From positions 38,628,001-38,692,000 of the forward strand of contig NC_087436.1 in NCBI RefSeq assembly GCF_036321535.1: DNA of 64,000 nucleotides, in the 5' to 3' direction. The DNA comes from Camelus dromedarius (taxonomy: Eukaryota). The position numbers and the translations under genes are program-made. Shown piece by piece: positions 1-13,004 of this stretch; positions within the stretch are counted from its first letter, which is position 1; each line of letters begins with the position of its first letter. The notes under the pieces are model-generated. The model saw nothing but the letters and a program-made list of their open reading frames with translations. It did not search any database and was not told the DNA's origin.

Positions 1-545
1 CATTGACAGACGACTGGATAAAGAAGTTGTGATTATACATATATATATATATATATATTATATATGTATAAAACAGAATAATACTCAAGAATAAAAAAGA
101 ATGAAATAGTGCCATTTGCTACAACACAGATGGAACTATAGATCATCATTCTAAGTTAAATAAGCCAGAAAGAGAAAAAAAAATACCATATGATATCACT
201 TATATATGGAATCTTAAAAAAAAAAAAGGACACAAATGAACTTATTTACAAAACAGAAACAGACTCATTCACAGTCATAAAAAATAAACTTACGGTTACT
301 GGTGGGCAAAAAGGGTAGGAAGGGATAAATTGGGAGTTTGAGATTTGGAGATACTAACTACTATATACAAAATAGATAAGTTTATACTGTACAGCACAGG
401 GAACTATATTCAATGTATTGTAGTACCCTATAATGAAGGAGAATGTGAAAACAAATATATGTATGTATATGTATGATTGAACTATTATGCTGTACACCAG
501 AAACTGACACAACATTGTAAACTGACTATACTTCAATTAAAAAAA
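1..545 (+). mobile_element. L1 3' end (ORF2 tail and 3' UTR), artiodactyl/camelid type, cut by the window start
   Basis: Typical L1 3' motifs (gactggataaagaagttgtg, ccatttgctacaaca, gggaactatattcaat) ending in actatacttcaattaaaaaaa. Closely resembles the L1 at 28768-30140. Confidence 0.9.
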
Positions 546-1125
546 TCACATCATCTATAACTAATGGGCTCTTTTCTTTTAAGAAATAAGCTAAAAACTC
601 AATTAGGTTCCCATTCAGTTTTATGGAAAGCATAAAGTTTGATACACAAATTTATTTTTACCTATTATACTGAAATATAAATCTTATATACCTTCTCAAA
701 TTCTGTCCACCTTCTCCTTTCTATGTCAGCACTTTACTTACATAAAGTTAATCCTCATTCATATTTGGATGAAATATTACCCTTCAAGGCATGGGACCCA
801 GTTTTCTGAGCAGCCGCCAAGATTCAGCCAAAAAGTTAGATCATTATGTGAGTAAACCCTGATCAAAGGGAAGAGGATATGGGAGGAGGTCAAGGAAAAA
901 ATGTCCCCGACCTTTCACTTTTTCTTATGGTCTACTTTGAATTGAAGTTCCTTCTTTCACTCTTTTCAGAAAAATCTAAACTACAGAGTGAACTGTGACT
1001 GCTAATGTCTCCTTTGTGGTTCTTTATGGTAACCAGTATAGCAACACACATTTCCTTGCCCCATTTCTCCTCTTCTTTTATCTTCACTGTCTTAGGCTTC
1101 TACCTCCCTAGTAAAGTGTTAGTCC

Positions 1126-1541
1126 TGTCAAGAACTGTGAGATGTCTGAGAGTTTATCTTGCTTGCAAGATAATAAGTAACCTGCTGCAATTTCATAGAT
1201 GCTGAGAGAAGACAGGAGCTCCGTGGTCAGACACAAAGGATTTGTTACTTACAGCACAGTAGGCAATGTGAGCTTTATGGTTATACTGTCTCCCTTACCA
1301 AGCAAATCACAGAGGGGTATTGTGCACACAGTACACTTGTGTTACAGCTGAAAAACTACAAGCTTGGGAATCCTCAATATTTTGAAGGAGCTGCTAGCAA
1401 GTCTGCCCAACCTTCTCCCCCACAGGGGAATATTATCTTTATTATTGTGACAGTATTCCTAGCTTCCATCCTTAAAAACATAACCTGGGATAGAGGCTGT
1501 CACAGATGTGTAGAAACACCATGGACAACTGCCCCCCAAAA
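1126..1541 (-). mobile_element. ERVL-type solo LTR (MER54-like) nested in an older LTR16/33-like LTR
   Basis: Begins tgtcaagaactgtga and ends ccatggacaactgccccccaaaa. 5-bp TSD agtcc/agtct at 1121-1125 and 1542-1546. The flanks read as one interrupted LTR 3' end. Confidence 0.6.
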
Positions 1542-2324
1542 AGTCTTTTACTCTTTGCCTTCAGATTCACTTTCTAAAGGACCCATGCTAAGGTATATAA
1601 TCATTAGAGTCATTCATTTTTTCAGTTTCTGGATATTCCCCAAATCTTCCTCTGCATCCCTACTTTACCAATTTTTACTCTATTCTATACCCTGGGAGGT
1701 TGACCTGCAAGGGCCTTTAACCTTCATTTGTGTTTAGTCTGAGGGTGAGGAGTGGGGTCAGAATAATTTTTCCCCTGCCCCTCACCCCCTGGTTTTGTCA
1801 TAGTGTTGGCTTCTTTCAGGAGGAAATTGGTCCAACAGCTAGTTTACAGTTTTATCTTTTGTTTACAGAACACAGAAAATGTCTAATGTTTTTATTATCA
1901 AACAAGATAAGGATTACTGGTAATTAGAATAAATCATACATGACATGACTTGAAAAAACAGATTTTAATTACCTTAGTTAACAATATACTTTGTTGGAAA
2001 GAAACATTATAAATTTTTATTTGGAGTTTTTTTCCAATATATTTAAAATTTTTTTATATTTCCAGAAAACATCTAATTACATTGTTTAAAAACTTTTCCT
2101 TCTCTATATTTTTTTGGCTGTTGTTAAGTGCTTTCAGATACCAGAGAATAATATATTGAGAAGAGTGGAAAAAGATTTCCATTATTTAAGTATGTAGAAA
2201 AGATCATTTTTAAGCATTTAATATTTTTTTTACTAATGTTCTTTCTTCAATGAAGTCTTCCATGGAAGCCATGAATTCTTCGAAAATGGTCAGGAAATGA
2301 AAGAAGCAAAGTTGTATATATAAA

Positions 2325-2456
2325 TTTTTTTAATGTCTATTTTTGGGGGGAGGGGTTTACTTATTTATTTATTTTTAGAGGGGGTACTGGGGATTGAACC
2401 CAGGACCTTGTGTGTGCTAAGCATGTGCTCTACCACTTGAGCCATACCCTTCCCTC
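2325..2456 (-). mobile_element. tRNA-derived SINE, Vic-1-like (camelid)
   Basis: Reverse complement is gggtatggctcaagtggtagagcacatgcttagcacacacaaggtcctgggttcaatccccagtacc, with A and B boxes and an (aaat)n tail. TSD tgtatatataaa/tgtataaataaa at 2313-2324 and 2457-2468. Confidence 0.85.
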
Positions 2457-3887
2457 TGTATAAATAAAAATTGATGTTACTTCCTTACGCTTTATACCAC
2501 ATATCTGAATTCACCTCATTCTCAAGTGGCAAAAATACCAGTTTCTACCATTAGGCCCTAACCTAACAGAAATATGTGCAAATTCAGGAAAGACTCAAAA
2601 CCCTCTAGGTGTATGGTGCTATGATTAGTCTCTGCCAGAGGCTACCCCTTTGTGGGATACCCAACAAGGTTTACTCTTCAGGCAATACATCTTAGTAAGA
2701 AATAAGATGAGGAATTTGTGTATCCTTTTTTAAAATGAGACTTGGGCTTCTGTGAACATAGATTAATTTTCTGACGGATCAATTCTGGTGGAAAACTTCA
2801 CATGAAAGTATCAGGACATTTATTGTTTTAAAGCTATCCATGCTTAGGTATCTTGGAAAGTCTTCCAATACTCCCAGGTTGATAACTGTTGCACTATGCT
2901 ATATTGTACTTCTAAGCATTGGGAGGGATGCTAAAAGCTTATGAAAATCATGAATTATTAAGTTGCTGATTCACAAAAGCTCAAACTTAGCTCAATAAAA
3001 GGATAAAATCTATTCTAATTGTCCTGTTGAAAAATAAAATATAATGAACATAATGTTTTAAACTAAAAAAAGGGGGTAGCCTTAGTTAAATCCTTATCAA
3101 CCTACCTTATTTCTCAGGCTCGAAGTTCTTTTGACCTTCCAACAACCACCCCCTTATCTCCCAGGCATCCATGTGCAAAAATGATTCACTTGCTACAGCA
3201 ACATGCATTCCTCAGGAACTTGCCTGAATGGAGTGTAAATCAGTGACCCCATTATATTGATCTTTTATAGGTATATTCCTACTCTCCTAGACTGAGTCCA
3301 CAAAACCTGAATGTGTAGGGGTCACTGACCTTTCTTACTGTCTCTCTTTTCTTCTAGGCAATGAGAGCAGGTGTTAGAGAAAAACAAAGAAAGCTCCTCT
3401 TTTTGTCACCCTGAAATATTGAGCACCAACTATATTCAAAGCCCTGTGAAATCCTGCATAACTACTGATTCTTTAAAACATAGTTGAATTTTAACTTAGT
3501 TGCTTTTATTGCATTGAGGAACTGTTTGGTGTAGGTTGGCAGGTTTCAGAGGTTCCAAGTATAATTTTACAACATTTGAAGGATAGACTCCACATTCAAA
3601 AACTCTAAATCTCAATTAAGGTATACAGTAATTGTGCACCATTCAAAAACCTCTCCAAATACTAATTAGAATACATTGCCACCAGGTGGCAGGGGAATGC
3701 CTTCATTTCATGAACTGAACTGACTGGAAAAACTAGTATTGCTATTTATTTTTTTATTTGTTTTTTATTATAATATAGACTCAATATTAACTAATGGAGA
3801 CTAATATTAACAATGTGGTATGGTAAAATTAATAATTTTTAGCACTAGCTGATATAAATTGCTCTCCCTCTCTGTATCTCCATGGCA

Positions 3888-4230
3888 TTCTGGGGAATCC
3901 TCAAGACCCTTTCAGAGGCTTCACAAAGTCAAGAATGTTTTTTAAATAATGCTAAGACATTATTTGCTTTTTTCATTCTCATTTTCTAACAAGTGTACAT
4001 ACAGCTGAGTTTTCCAGAGGCTACACAACATGAGAACATGGGATAAGATTATCATTCTGACAGCTGAAGGAATGCATTATTATTGGATGTTTGTATTTTA
4101 AATTTTTTCAGTTTTAATTTCTAATATGGTAAATACTAATAGATATTAGCTATACAAATAAAATTCTTTGGGATCCTTGATAATTTTTAGGAGTTAAGCC
4201 TTTATATCAAAATTTTTTTGAGAAATGCTA
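3888..4230 (+). mobile_element. hAT-Charlie1-like non-autonomous DNA transposon remnant
   Basis: Contains agaccctttcagagg...ataatgctaagacattatttgc...ttttccagaggctac...ctttgggatccttgataattttt, motifs partly shared with 13005-13940. Confidence 0.7.
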
Positions 4231-4629
4231 CTCTAATTAATTAGTTTTAATTAAATGTTCATGAATTTTTCTGTCTCTTCTGAGGGTAGGAATCATGTTA
4301 TATTTATCTTTGGACTCAGTCCCACTGAGAGCCTAGCACTAACGACAATACAAAGTGAAAGGATGCTGGAAGCCTGTTTATTTCTAGCACTGGCCAGTGG
4401 ATTTGTCAATGAATTAACACTCATCTTTCAACCCAAGGTGGACATTAAAATCATTTAAAAACATTTTTAAAATCCACATCCTAGATATTCTAATTAAATT
4501 TGTGGTCACATGGTTTGCCATTTTTAAAAAGTGATTCTAATGTACAAAGTTGAGACTCCTGATTCATACACCCCTTGTGGGGTTAGATCACGTGTTCCCA
4601 TATTCCCCAATGATAAGAATCATGTTAAG

Positions 4630-5105
4630 CAATGGTTCTCAAACTTCAGTATGCATTAGAATCACCTCGTGGGCTCACAGATTGCTAGGCTCCACCCTTA
4701 CAGTTTCTCATTCAGTAGACCTGGGATAGGGTCTGAGAACTTGCAATTCCAACAAGTTCTCTGGTGATGTTACTACTGCTGGTCTAGAACTATCCTTTGA
4801 GAACCAATGATTTAGAGCAGTGCCTCTCAAACTCATGAATAGCTGGGGTTCTTATTAAATACAAATTCTAATTTAGCAAGTCTGGGGTGGGTTCCCAGAG
4901 TCTGCATTTCTAACAAGCTCTCAGATGATGCCAATATTGTTGGTATATGGCCCACATATTGAGTAGCAAGGATCTGGTGTTCCAGTTAAAAATATAAAAT
5001 CACAGGCCCCATTCCAAATCCACTGAATTGGAATCTCCAAGGAGAGACCTAGGTTACATGACCAAACACCCCCAGGTGATTCTTCTCAAGACAAGGAATC
5101 ACTGT
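4630..5105. mobile_element. Tandem cluster of MER5A/MER5B-like hAT MITEs
   Basis: First element runs caatggttctcaaactt...tttgagaaccaatg. An 8-bp spacer follows, then cagtgcctctcaaact...gagtagcaagg, then a third degenerate copy. Confidence 0.75.
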
Positions 5106-5242
5106 ACTCTTGGAGCTGAATGTGAATAAAAGTAATGTGATCAAATCTGAACTTCCCATTAACTCACAGATAGTTCTGATGCATTTTATTTTATGATATA
5201 TGTTCAACTAGCAGTAATTTTTAAGTCCTAGCTGAAAGTTCG

Positions 5243-5797
5243 TGAAGGGTAGCAGACTGCCACCCCCAAAACATGTCACTTTGGCATAGGATTATTTTGA
5301 GGTGAAAGCAATTGAGAAAAAGCAAATGCAAGAGAAGCTCTGCCCTCCCACTGTTTGTCTAAAAGCAGCACATTAATTCTCTACCAAAAAGGAGAGCAGT
5401 TAATCACTGGAGACAACTATCGACCCTTATCAGTTTAGAGATGGCACCAGAAGAATCCACCTAACAAATCTTGCTAAAATTGGCTCTTATCTACCATTAG
5501 TTTCCCCATATATTTCCCTTCCTACAATTTGCTACCCCTAGAAGCTCAAAGTTCTCTTCCTTTGCCTTGTCACTTCTCTAAAGATGTATTCTTCTTTTAA
5601 GGTGCTATTATCAGCCCAAGTTCTAACCACCCCTTTAAGATACTCTTTGCTGAGTGCTCCTGTGTATATATGCACAATGCACATGTTAATAAACTTCTAT
5701 TTGTTTTTCTCTTGTTAACCTGTCTTTTGTTAGTGTAGGGCCCAAGTCAGAGAACACAAGACTGGTAGAGGAAAAAGATTTTTTTCCCTTCCCCACA
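5243..5797 (+). mobile_element. ERV1-type solo LTR (MER34/MER39-like)
   Basis: TG...CA termini, internal aataaa followed by tttttctcttgttaacctgtcttttg, and a 4-bp TSD ttcg/tttg. Confidence 0.75.
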
Positions 5798-6949
5798 TTT
5801 GGAATGAGGAAATTAAGTTCCCTCTGCGGGGTCATTCTGAATGAGCTCCACATGGGGGTGCAAACCTTGAACCAAAGCTAAGATCCAGCCCTGAAGAAAG
5901 CTGGTTACAACTTTAGGATTCTATAAAATTCCTAAATTAAAAGAGAACCTAGATTCCAACAGCTAGAGCCAAACTTAAAAGCTACAATTCAGAAAGATGT
6001 TCATTGTGGAAATAGGAGGAGTTGCTAAAAGGAATGTTGCAGACAAGCCAAGCAAGCCAAAGGTGAGAGAAGAGGCTAGAGAACAGACCTGGAAAGGGCA
6101 TAAGCTTTGGCACAGTTAGCACAGCTTCAGAAACATCAGGCTGTACACCAGTAGACCAGAATATCTTCCATTAAAGCTGGTCTGTATGACTGTTTTAAGC
6201 CTTAGTACCCTGTCTCTCCCTATAAAATAATTTAAAATCTGCTGATAAATGCTTAAATGCACAAGTCAGCAATATTAAATAAATTTATAAATCAAATACT
6301 CCTCTTTAAATATAAATCAGCACTTCTATATTACATGTCTGATAACTTTTTATAAAATTGTATTTCTTAAAACATATGTCACTGACTCCAAATATTTAGG
6401 AGAAAAGCAGGTTTTAAAAAAGAAATAAAAAGGAGAAACAGAAAAGGTTATGTAAACTATATTTTTATTATTCTTATGATGTTTTTACCATGGCTCCTTA
6501 TTGTTCTTTTATCACTTCTATCCCATACTTTGCTCATAATGTCAGTGAGTAAAAAATATTTTTTTCAAGTCTTTAATCTAACAAGAAGCTGAAACAAGTT
6601 TAAGGTGCTTTGAAGTCAGTAGATAGAAATCAGAACATAACGTCTAATTATCTCTGATGAACTTCAATATTAAATATATATTAAACATGCTTTACTCTCA
6701 AAAGGGCTCATTTTTATGCTTGGCGTAATAATTTTTATTAAAGGAGACAGCAAAAGATGAGGTTCAGAAGATGACTAAATAATGAAGCAGAAATATCAAC
6801 TGAAACGTGCACTTTGAAATCTATAATTTTAGAAAATGGCTGACAACCTTAAGTATGGGAGAAAATTTTTGCCTTTGCAGGATCTAAAAGAGTACTGATT
6901 CAGATGCAGCATCTCTACTGTTTGAGATAGGTTAATAATCAATTGTCTT

Positions 6950-8140
6950 CTAATCGTCATCAGTTTCCAGGTTCCTTTCTTCTAAGCATCTTCCCCTATT
7001 CACTTCTTAGCCTTTCCATGCAGATGACTCTAAATCTGAATCCTTATCCCAGGTCTCTTTTAGGAGCATCAGACTCACATTCTCAGGTGTTCATTAGCTG
7101 TCATTTCCTAGGTGACCTATCTGAATCATAAATTCAGCTTGTCTGAAACAAATTTAACACCTTTCTCTTCCAGAGGAGATCCTTTTCTGATTTGCGGGTA
7201 GTAGGAATTCTTTTCATACCTTCATGTTCAAAATAACTGAGTCACTTTCAATCTTCTTTCTACTTCATCCCTTAAACTCTGGCAGTCATCAAGTCATGCA
7301 GATTCTACCTCCAAAATATTTCTTGCTTTCTCTTTCCTCTGATCCTCACTTCCTCTGCCTTGTTTATGCCCTTCTTATTTTCAACTGAAGCTCCATAACA
7401 GGAGAGGGAGAGGAACAGCGTCTTCTCTTCTCCTGTCCACCCTGGCACTGCGGTCAGATTATTGTTCCTTATCCACAGCTCTCAATTCACTCTGTGGCTC
7501 TAAGACTTTTAAAGGTTCTCACTGCCCACCACTTTAGCATTGTCTCGCTGGTATTCGAGATCCTTCTAAATATGCAGGCCTGGCACACATTCTCAGTCCT
7601 ATTTCCTATACTTTCCCTCCACTTCTACATGTTCCAGCCAAACTTGCTGATCTCTCCAAAGAAGATCTGAGCTTTCTCCCTTTTAAGGTTTTCTTTCCTT
7701 CCTGATACTTAAAGGTAGCACAACATGGTAAAAGAACTGTGAGCTTTGGACACACTGTACTCAAATCCCTACTCATCAGCTGTGAAATTGTTGAAAAATT
7801 ACTTAATTTTTCAAATCTTCTGTTTCACAATCTGTAAAACGCACATAATTACTATCTCAAAGTTATAGTTTGAGCTTTAACTGAGATAATCCAGCAAAGG
7901 AACTCAGTACATATTACTGTTCCTACCTCCTTTCTTCAGGTAGGCAAATTTCACACATTGTTTTCTCACTCCATTGAACTTTTCTTCATCTTCCAACCCT
8001 CTAACTTTACTTGAAATTAAAATCATTTACCAAATTGCAAAATCTTTGAGGTCAAATGATTTTGTTTTACCCATCTTAGTTAGGATCTCTGTGACACTCC
8101 ACATAGTGTCTTGAATTTAGCTCTGTAAATATTTATGCAA
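6950..8140 (+). mobile_element. Degenerate L2 3' region with a MIR insertion (about 7720-7900)
   Basis: Pyrimidine-rich L2-like text (atgcagatgactctaaatct, cagtcatcaagtcatgcagattctacctcc) and a MIR core (tctgtttcacaatctgtaaaa). Confidence 0.55.
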
Positions 8141-8629
8141 CTGTATTGATTTGAGTATCTACAATATAAAGCAGGATACAGGAAAGAAGCCCCTAACTGA
8201 TCCGGAGTCTATAGGGACAATCTACTAATCAGCAAAGTAAGAGATGAGACTGCAGAATAGAGAGATCACATATTCAATTACAGACAGCAAAACTGTATAC
8301 CTTCTCTCAAGTTAGGGGAACATCAAACTAAACCTCAGGGCCGTATCTCCAAGAGGGTGCAGGAGAGTAATTGCTCTGTCCCATACTTTGAAGGATGCAT
8401 TGCCACTATAAGGAAGTAGACTCCAAGAATTAAAAACTAAGGGAGTCAATAGGGAGGACCAACAAGAGGTGATTTAACCAGCTGGTAGCAAAAGTGACCT
8501 GAGACACAAATGCTATAAACAAAATCAGCACTGACAGGACTAGATCTGACTACCAGGTTAGATATACCTTCAAGCTATTTGTTACCACCCTATAAAGTAT
8601 TCTTCTTCATTTTTCTTGTATTTCGCTAT

Positions 8630-9150
8630 TAATCCAGATTTCACATGTGTGTACATGCAGGATAGTAGAAGGCCATTTACTGCATTTATTTCAGGCCCCA
8701 AATCCTTGTAATGATGGCTTTGGTAAAGCCATTTTTATCTCATCAGCTACAATTTCTTCACATACACCCTTTAGACATCTTAAAAAGCTTGGAAGTTCCC
8801 TCTTTTTTGGTATCCATTCAAAGGAAAATATTCCTACATATTTGCTCTTTGATATGGAGATTACTAAGTTTTGATCTACATAGTCACTGATGCTATTTCA
8901 AGTGGTTTCAACTCACAGCTACAACGATAAAAGCAATTAAGAAAAAAACAAATGTATAGAGAACTACTTAAGGTTTCTTTTATAATTATCTCACTTTTGG
9001 AAGTAAGAATAGGAAAATAAATATCAAATGTGTTCAAAAATTCATAATAAAAAAATAACAACTTTATGCTGAAGATAGCTGATCTGACTCCAAGAATGTT
9101 TTGGTTCCAACAGTTTCTAAGCTTTATTTCCCAATTGGGCCACAGTATTA
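8630..9150 (-). mobile_element. Possible ancient non-L1 LINE reverse-transcriptase fossil (L4/RTE-X-like)
   Basis: Minus-strand translations GVRSAIFSIKLLFFYY...SLY and SDYVDQNLVISISKSKYVGIF resemble the RT motifs GVRQG...LF..Y and the post-YADD L.IN..K.K. No intact YADD is present. Confidence 0.3.
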
Positions 9151-10339
9151 GAAACCTAACTTGTGAAGGGTAGGTCTTGAGAGAAATGGAATTTCTTCTT
9201 TTAATGAAGCAGCCATGAAGAAGACAGACCAGCCAAGAGCAAGCCTCCACTCCTGATTATAGAAGCAAAGAAGCAATCACTGAAGGAGAACTGAGGCCTG
9301 GTCAAAGAAGACCTACCCAAGTGTGTGTCCTGTTTACTCAGAGGGCACAGCAGACTCATCTCACCCTTTTGGCTTCTGTTGGAACACGGATCCTTGGCAA
9401 GGATGCAGCTGCAATCACTAATACTGCATCCACCACCATTTCCATCTATCCCAGTAAATTAAGCTTAATTTATGAAAATATCCTCCCCAGGACCAGAGGT
9501 GCAAAATTAGGAGATTTGGTGTGCATTTATTTTTCCTTCTTTTCATTGCACCCAATAAGAAGACTCAGACTTTTTTTTTGAAGCCTAATAGTAAGTACTC
9601 TTTTAAATGAGGTCATGAGGGTAAATTAGGAAGGAGTAGCATAAATTTCCTACTTTAATTGTTCTAGCATATTCAGTGGCCATCTTTAAAAGTCCTTTAC
9701 AATACGCATGTCATAAATGAGTTAATATTGACTAGAGCATTATCAGTTTTAGTTTTTAAACAGTTTTACTGGAAATTATTTTAAGTAAGAGTAATATAAA
9801 TTTTAAAGAGCCATTAGTAAAAGTATCAATTTTGTCTAGATGGCAGTATAAAGTGTTAGTACTCCTGTGATATCAGGATTAAAAGTCACTGCAGTGCCTA
9901 GGACGGTGCTTCACATATTATGTTGTAGCTCCAGTATCCATAATTGAAAGTATTTAAATCCACGTTATTACTGACCTGAGGTTCAGTAAAATATATTGAA
10001 TATTCAGTTTTCCCCTAGACCAATGTTTCAAAAGAGAATGGAAGATTTTTGGAGGGAAAACAAAGGGAAATTCCAACTAGAGCCCACAAAGTAGATACTT
10101 TTAGTCTATGGGTGCTTTCTGGGGGCTATGTGTTTAAAGTGTGTGCTACTGTGAACTTATTATGGTTGAAATGCTTTCTATTAAAAAAAAATTCTGCTAG
10201 GGAGAGCTAAAGAAAACTCTCAAGAAGTGGGAGAAGCTGAAAACTTCACACAAGCAGGTATTGAGTAGGAGCTGGTCTCAGGATCTGCCATTCTCTCTTT
10301 TTAGCAAGTAAGTGAGAATACACAAATATGGTGACTTTC

Positions 10340-10905
10340 TTTACCTGCCCAAGCTGCCAGTGGCTCCCATTTACCCGAGGTAAAATTTCAAGTTCTACGG
10401 ATGACTTGCAGACTCTCTCGGACTCTGGCCTCTGCCTCCTCTTCCATCCTCCTCCTTGCCTTCCTGCTCTCTGTCTACCTGCTCCTGCCCCCTCCCTCTC
10501 CACTCCAGCCACATTGAGCTCTTTTCCACAAATGTACTCAGTTCTCCCTAGCCTTTGTGCTGTGCACACTCTTCCTTCTGTTTGGAACCCCTCTTTTCCA
10601 CCCTCTTCAACTGGCTAACTTCTCCATCTCACATAGTCTAAGTTTTAATGTCATCTTCTTGCAGGAGACTTTCTTGAACCCCCAACCCAGCTTGGGAGCC
10701 CTTCACTGATGATCTTGTGGTTCTCACACTTCCCCATAACACACAGTGTTGTAACTGTAGGTTTGGGTTGCTCTGTTATATTTCTCTGCATTTCCCATAA
10801 CATTATAATTCAGTGGGGTCAAGGACTGTATCTGTGCTGTGTGATAGCATTCTTCAAACTCAGACAGATGTATATTCCTGGGCGTATACAACAAGTTTCT
10901 AAGGA
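10340..10905 (+). mobile_element. L2 3' end
   Basis: Contains cactccagccacattgagc, gcctttgtgctgtgcacactcttccttctg and ggggtcaaggactgtatctg, typical of the L2 3' region. Confidence 0.65.
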
Positions 10906-11372
10906 GCACATGGGAAAGACAGTTTAAAGGGGACCCTGATACTGAACCTTCCACTTCAACATGACTCCTTAACCAATACTGACCTGCCTGAAGACCTGTC
11001 GAGGATTAGGGCATGAATGTCAGTCCTCCTTTCTCACCTCCCTTCCCAAAATTACCCTTTCTCAATTTATTAAAGAAAAGCCTACCTCTCACAGATGCCA
11101 AATCTTAATATGGAGCATTTCCACAGGATACAGAAGTCATCAGGAAGGCAAACTCTTCAAAGCAAAATTAAACACTAGTGTTGTATAGCCTCCTTGATTT
11201 GAGTCACCCTAAACCCACAGTAGGAGTTTTAGAGTTTTCCCCCTTTCAGATATTTCTGTTAATGTAAAATGTTGGTGGGAACTCGTGCTATTTGGCCAAT
11301 AAGTCTGAATTCAAATTTATTCCGGAGTGACATAGTCATCGTAATGATCATTTTTATTCCATCCACCAATTA

Positions 11373-12185
11373 TTTTTCCCACATTTATTGAGGTATAATT
11401 GACTAACAAATATTTTATATATTTAGGCTATACAACATGATGATTTGGCATACATATACTTCGTAAAACCATTACCACAATCAAGCCAATTAACACATCC
11501 ATCACTTCACAGAGTTATCGTGTGTATGTGTGTGTGTGTGTATACGTGGTAAGAATACCAGAGCCTCTCTCTTAGCAAGTTTCTGGTAGACAATACAGTG
11601 TTATTAACTATACTCACCATGCTGTACATTAGATCCCCAGAACTTATTTCGGTTATAACCGAAAGTTCGTACTCATTGACCAACATCTCCTTGTCTCCCA
11701 CCTCCACCCCTACCCTCCTCAACCACTGTTCTATTCTCAGGTTCTATGAGCTTAACTTTCTGAGATGCCACATATAAGTGAAATCATACAATATTTGTCT
11801 TTCTATATCTAGTTTATTTCAGTCAGCATAATGTCCCCCAGGTTAATCCATATTGTTAGTAGGCTTTCCTTTATTTTGTGGGTGAAAAATATTCACATAT
11901 ATTATATATATATATTCATATACATATATGTAGCTATGCATGTATGTATGTATACTTTTTCTTTATCCACGCATCTGCTGGTGGCCACTTAGGTTGTTTC
12001 CTTACCTTGGCTATTGTGAGTAATGCTGCAATGAACTTGAGAGTGCAGGTATCTCTTAGAGGTACTGGTTTCATTTCCTTTGGATATATGCCCAGAAGTA
12101 GCATTGCTGGATCAAATGGTAGTCCTGTTTTTAGTTTTTGGAGGAACCTCCACACTGTTTTCCATAAAGGCTGTACCCATCTGTT
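11373..12185 (-). mobile_element. L1 (L1MA/L1MB-like) 3' end
   Basis: 3' UTR text tttattgaggtataattgac. The minus ORF contains the ORF2 C-terminus [35 protein letters not shown]. Confidence 0.9.
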
Positions 12186-13004
12186 AACTATTTTATAAGA
12201 ATTCATACTCTTAAAAGAAAGTCTTGTGAAAATGAAGCAAAAGGATCTTTGATGAGAAATACTAAAGAAGGCAAACTTGTTTCTAGGTTATAAACTCATC
12301 CTTTCATGTGTCCTGCCCCCTGCAAAGACCTATCTCTCTCTCTCAACTATTCATTTCCCTAGTTAAGAATCAGAATTCCCAAATGAGATATTTATCATGA
12401 GAATGCATATTAACACATTTATTTGAATTACTATTTTTTAAATGAGTAAATCTGATTGATAGAATTGACTTGACATTTTCCACGAACTGAATGAACTGGA
12501 ACTCCAACTATTACAAGGGAGGAACATACACATAGATACACAGTATTGTAAATGCATACAAACATTTTAAATTAAAACATTATACTGTAAAAAGTTATAC
12601 TGAAAATAATATTTAAAAAAAAATTGACAACATTTCAATTTTTCCAACCCTTTCTGAGTTAAAAATCAAAATAGGGTGTGTCTAAGAGAAAGAGTAGTAG
12701 CCATATCATAACTCTTACTTGTGAACTCTTCAAAAGATACTTTTGATGTATTTCCCAAATATTGAGAAAATGAAGTATAAGAATAGGTAATAAATTTCAT
12801 TTGTAACTTAGATGATTTTAAATCATTTATTCTCAACAAGATTGAAGGAGGACTTTGGTTGTTAGCTAACAGACAATTTAAAATAATACTTGGTAAGAGG
12901 AACATATATAGAAAAATTTTAGGGACATAATTGTTATAATTATTCTTTCCATTCTCACCTACTTTTTATGTGAACAAGGTGTTCTTTATCACTTACATCT
13001 ACAT

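Noticed and set aside
2380..2452. tRNA gene
   Set aside because: The tRNA-like sequence is a SINE head with a tail and TSD, not an intact tRNA.
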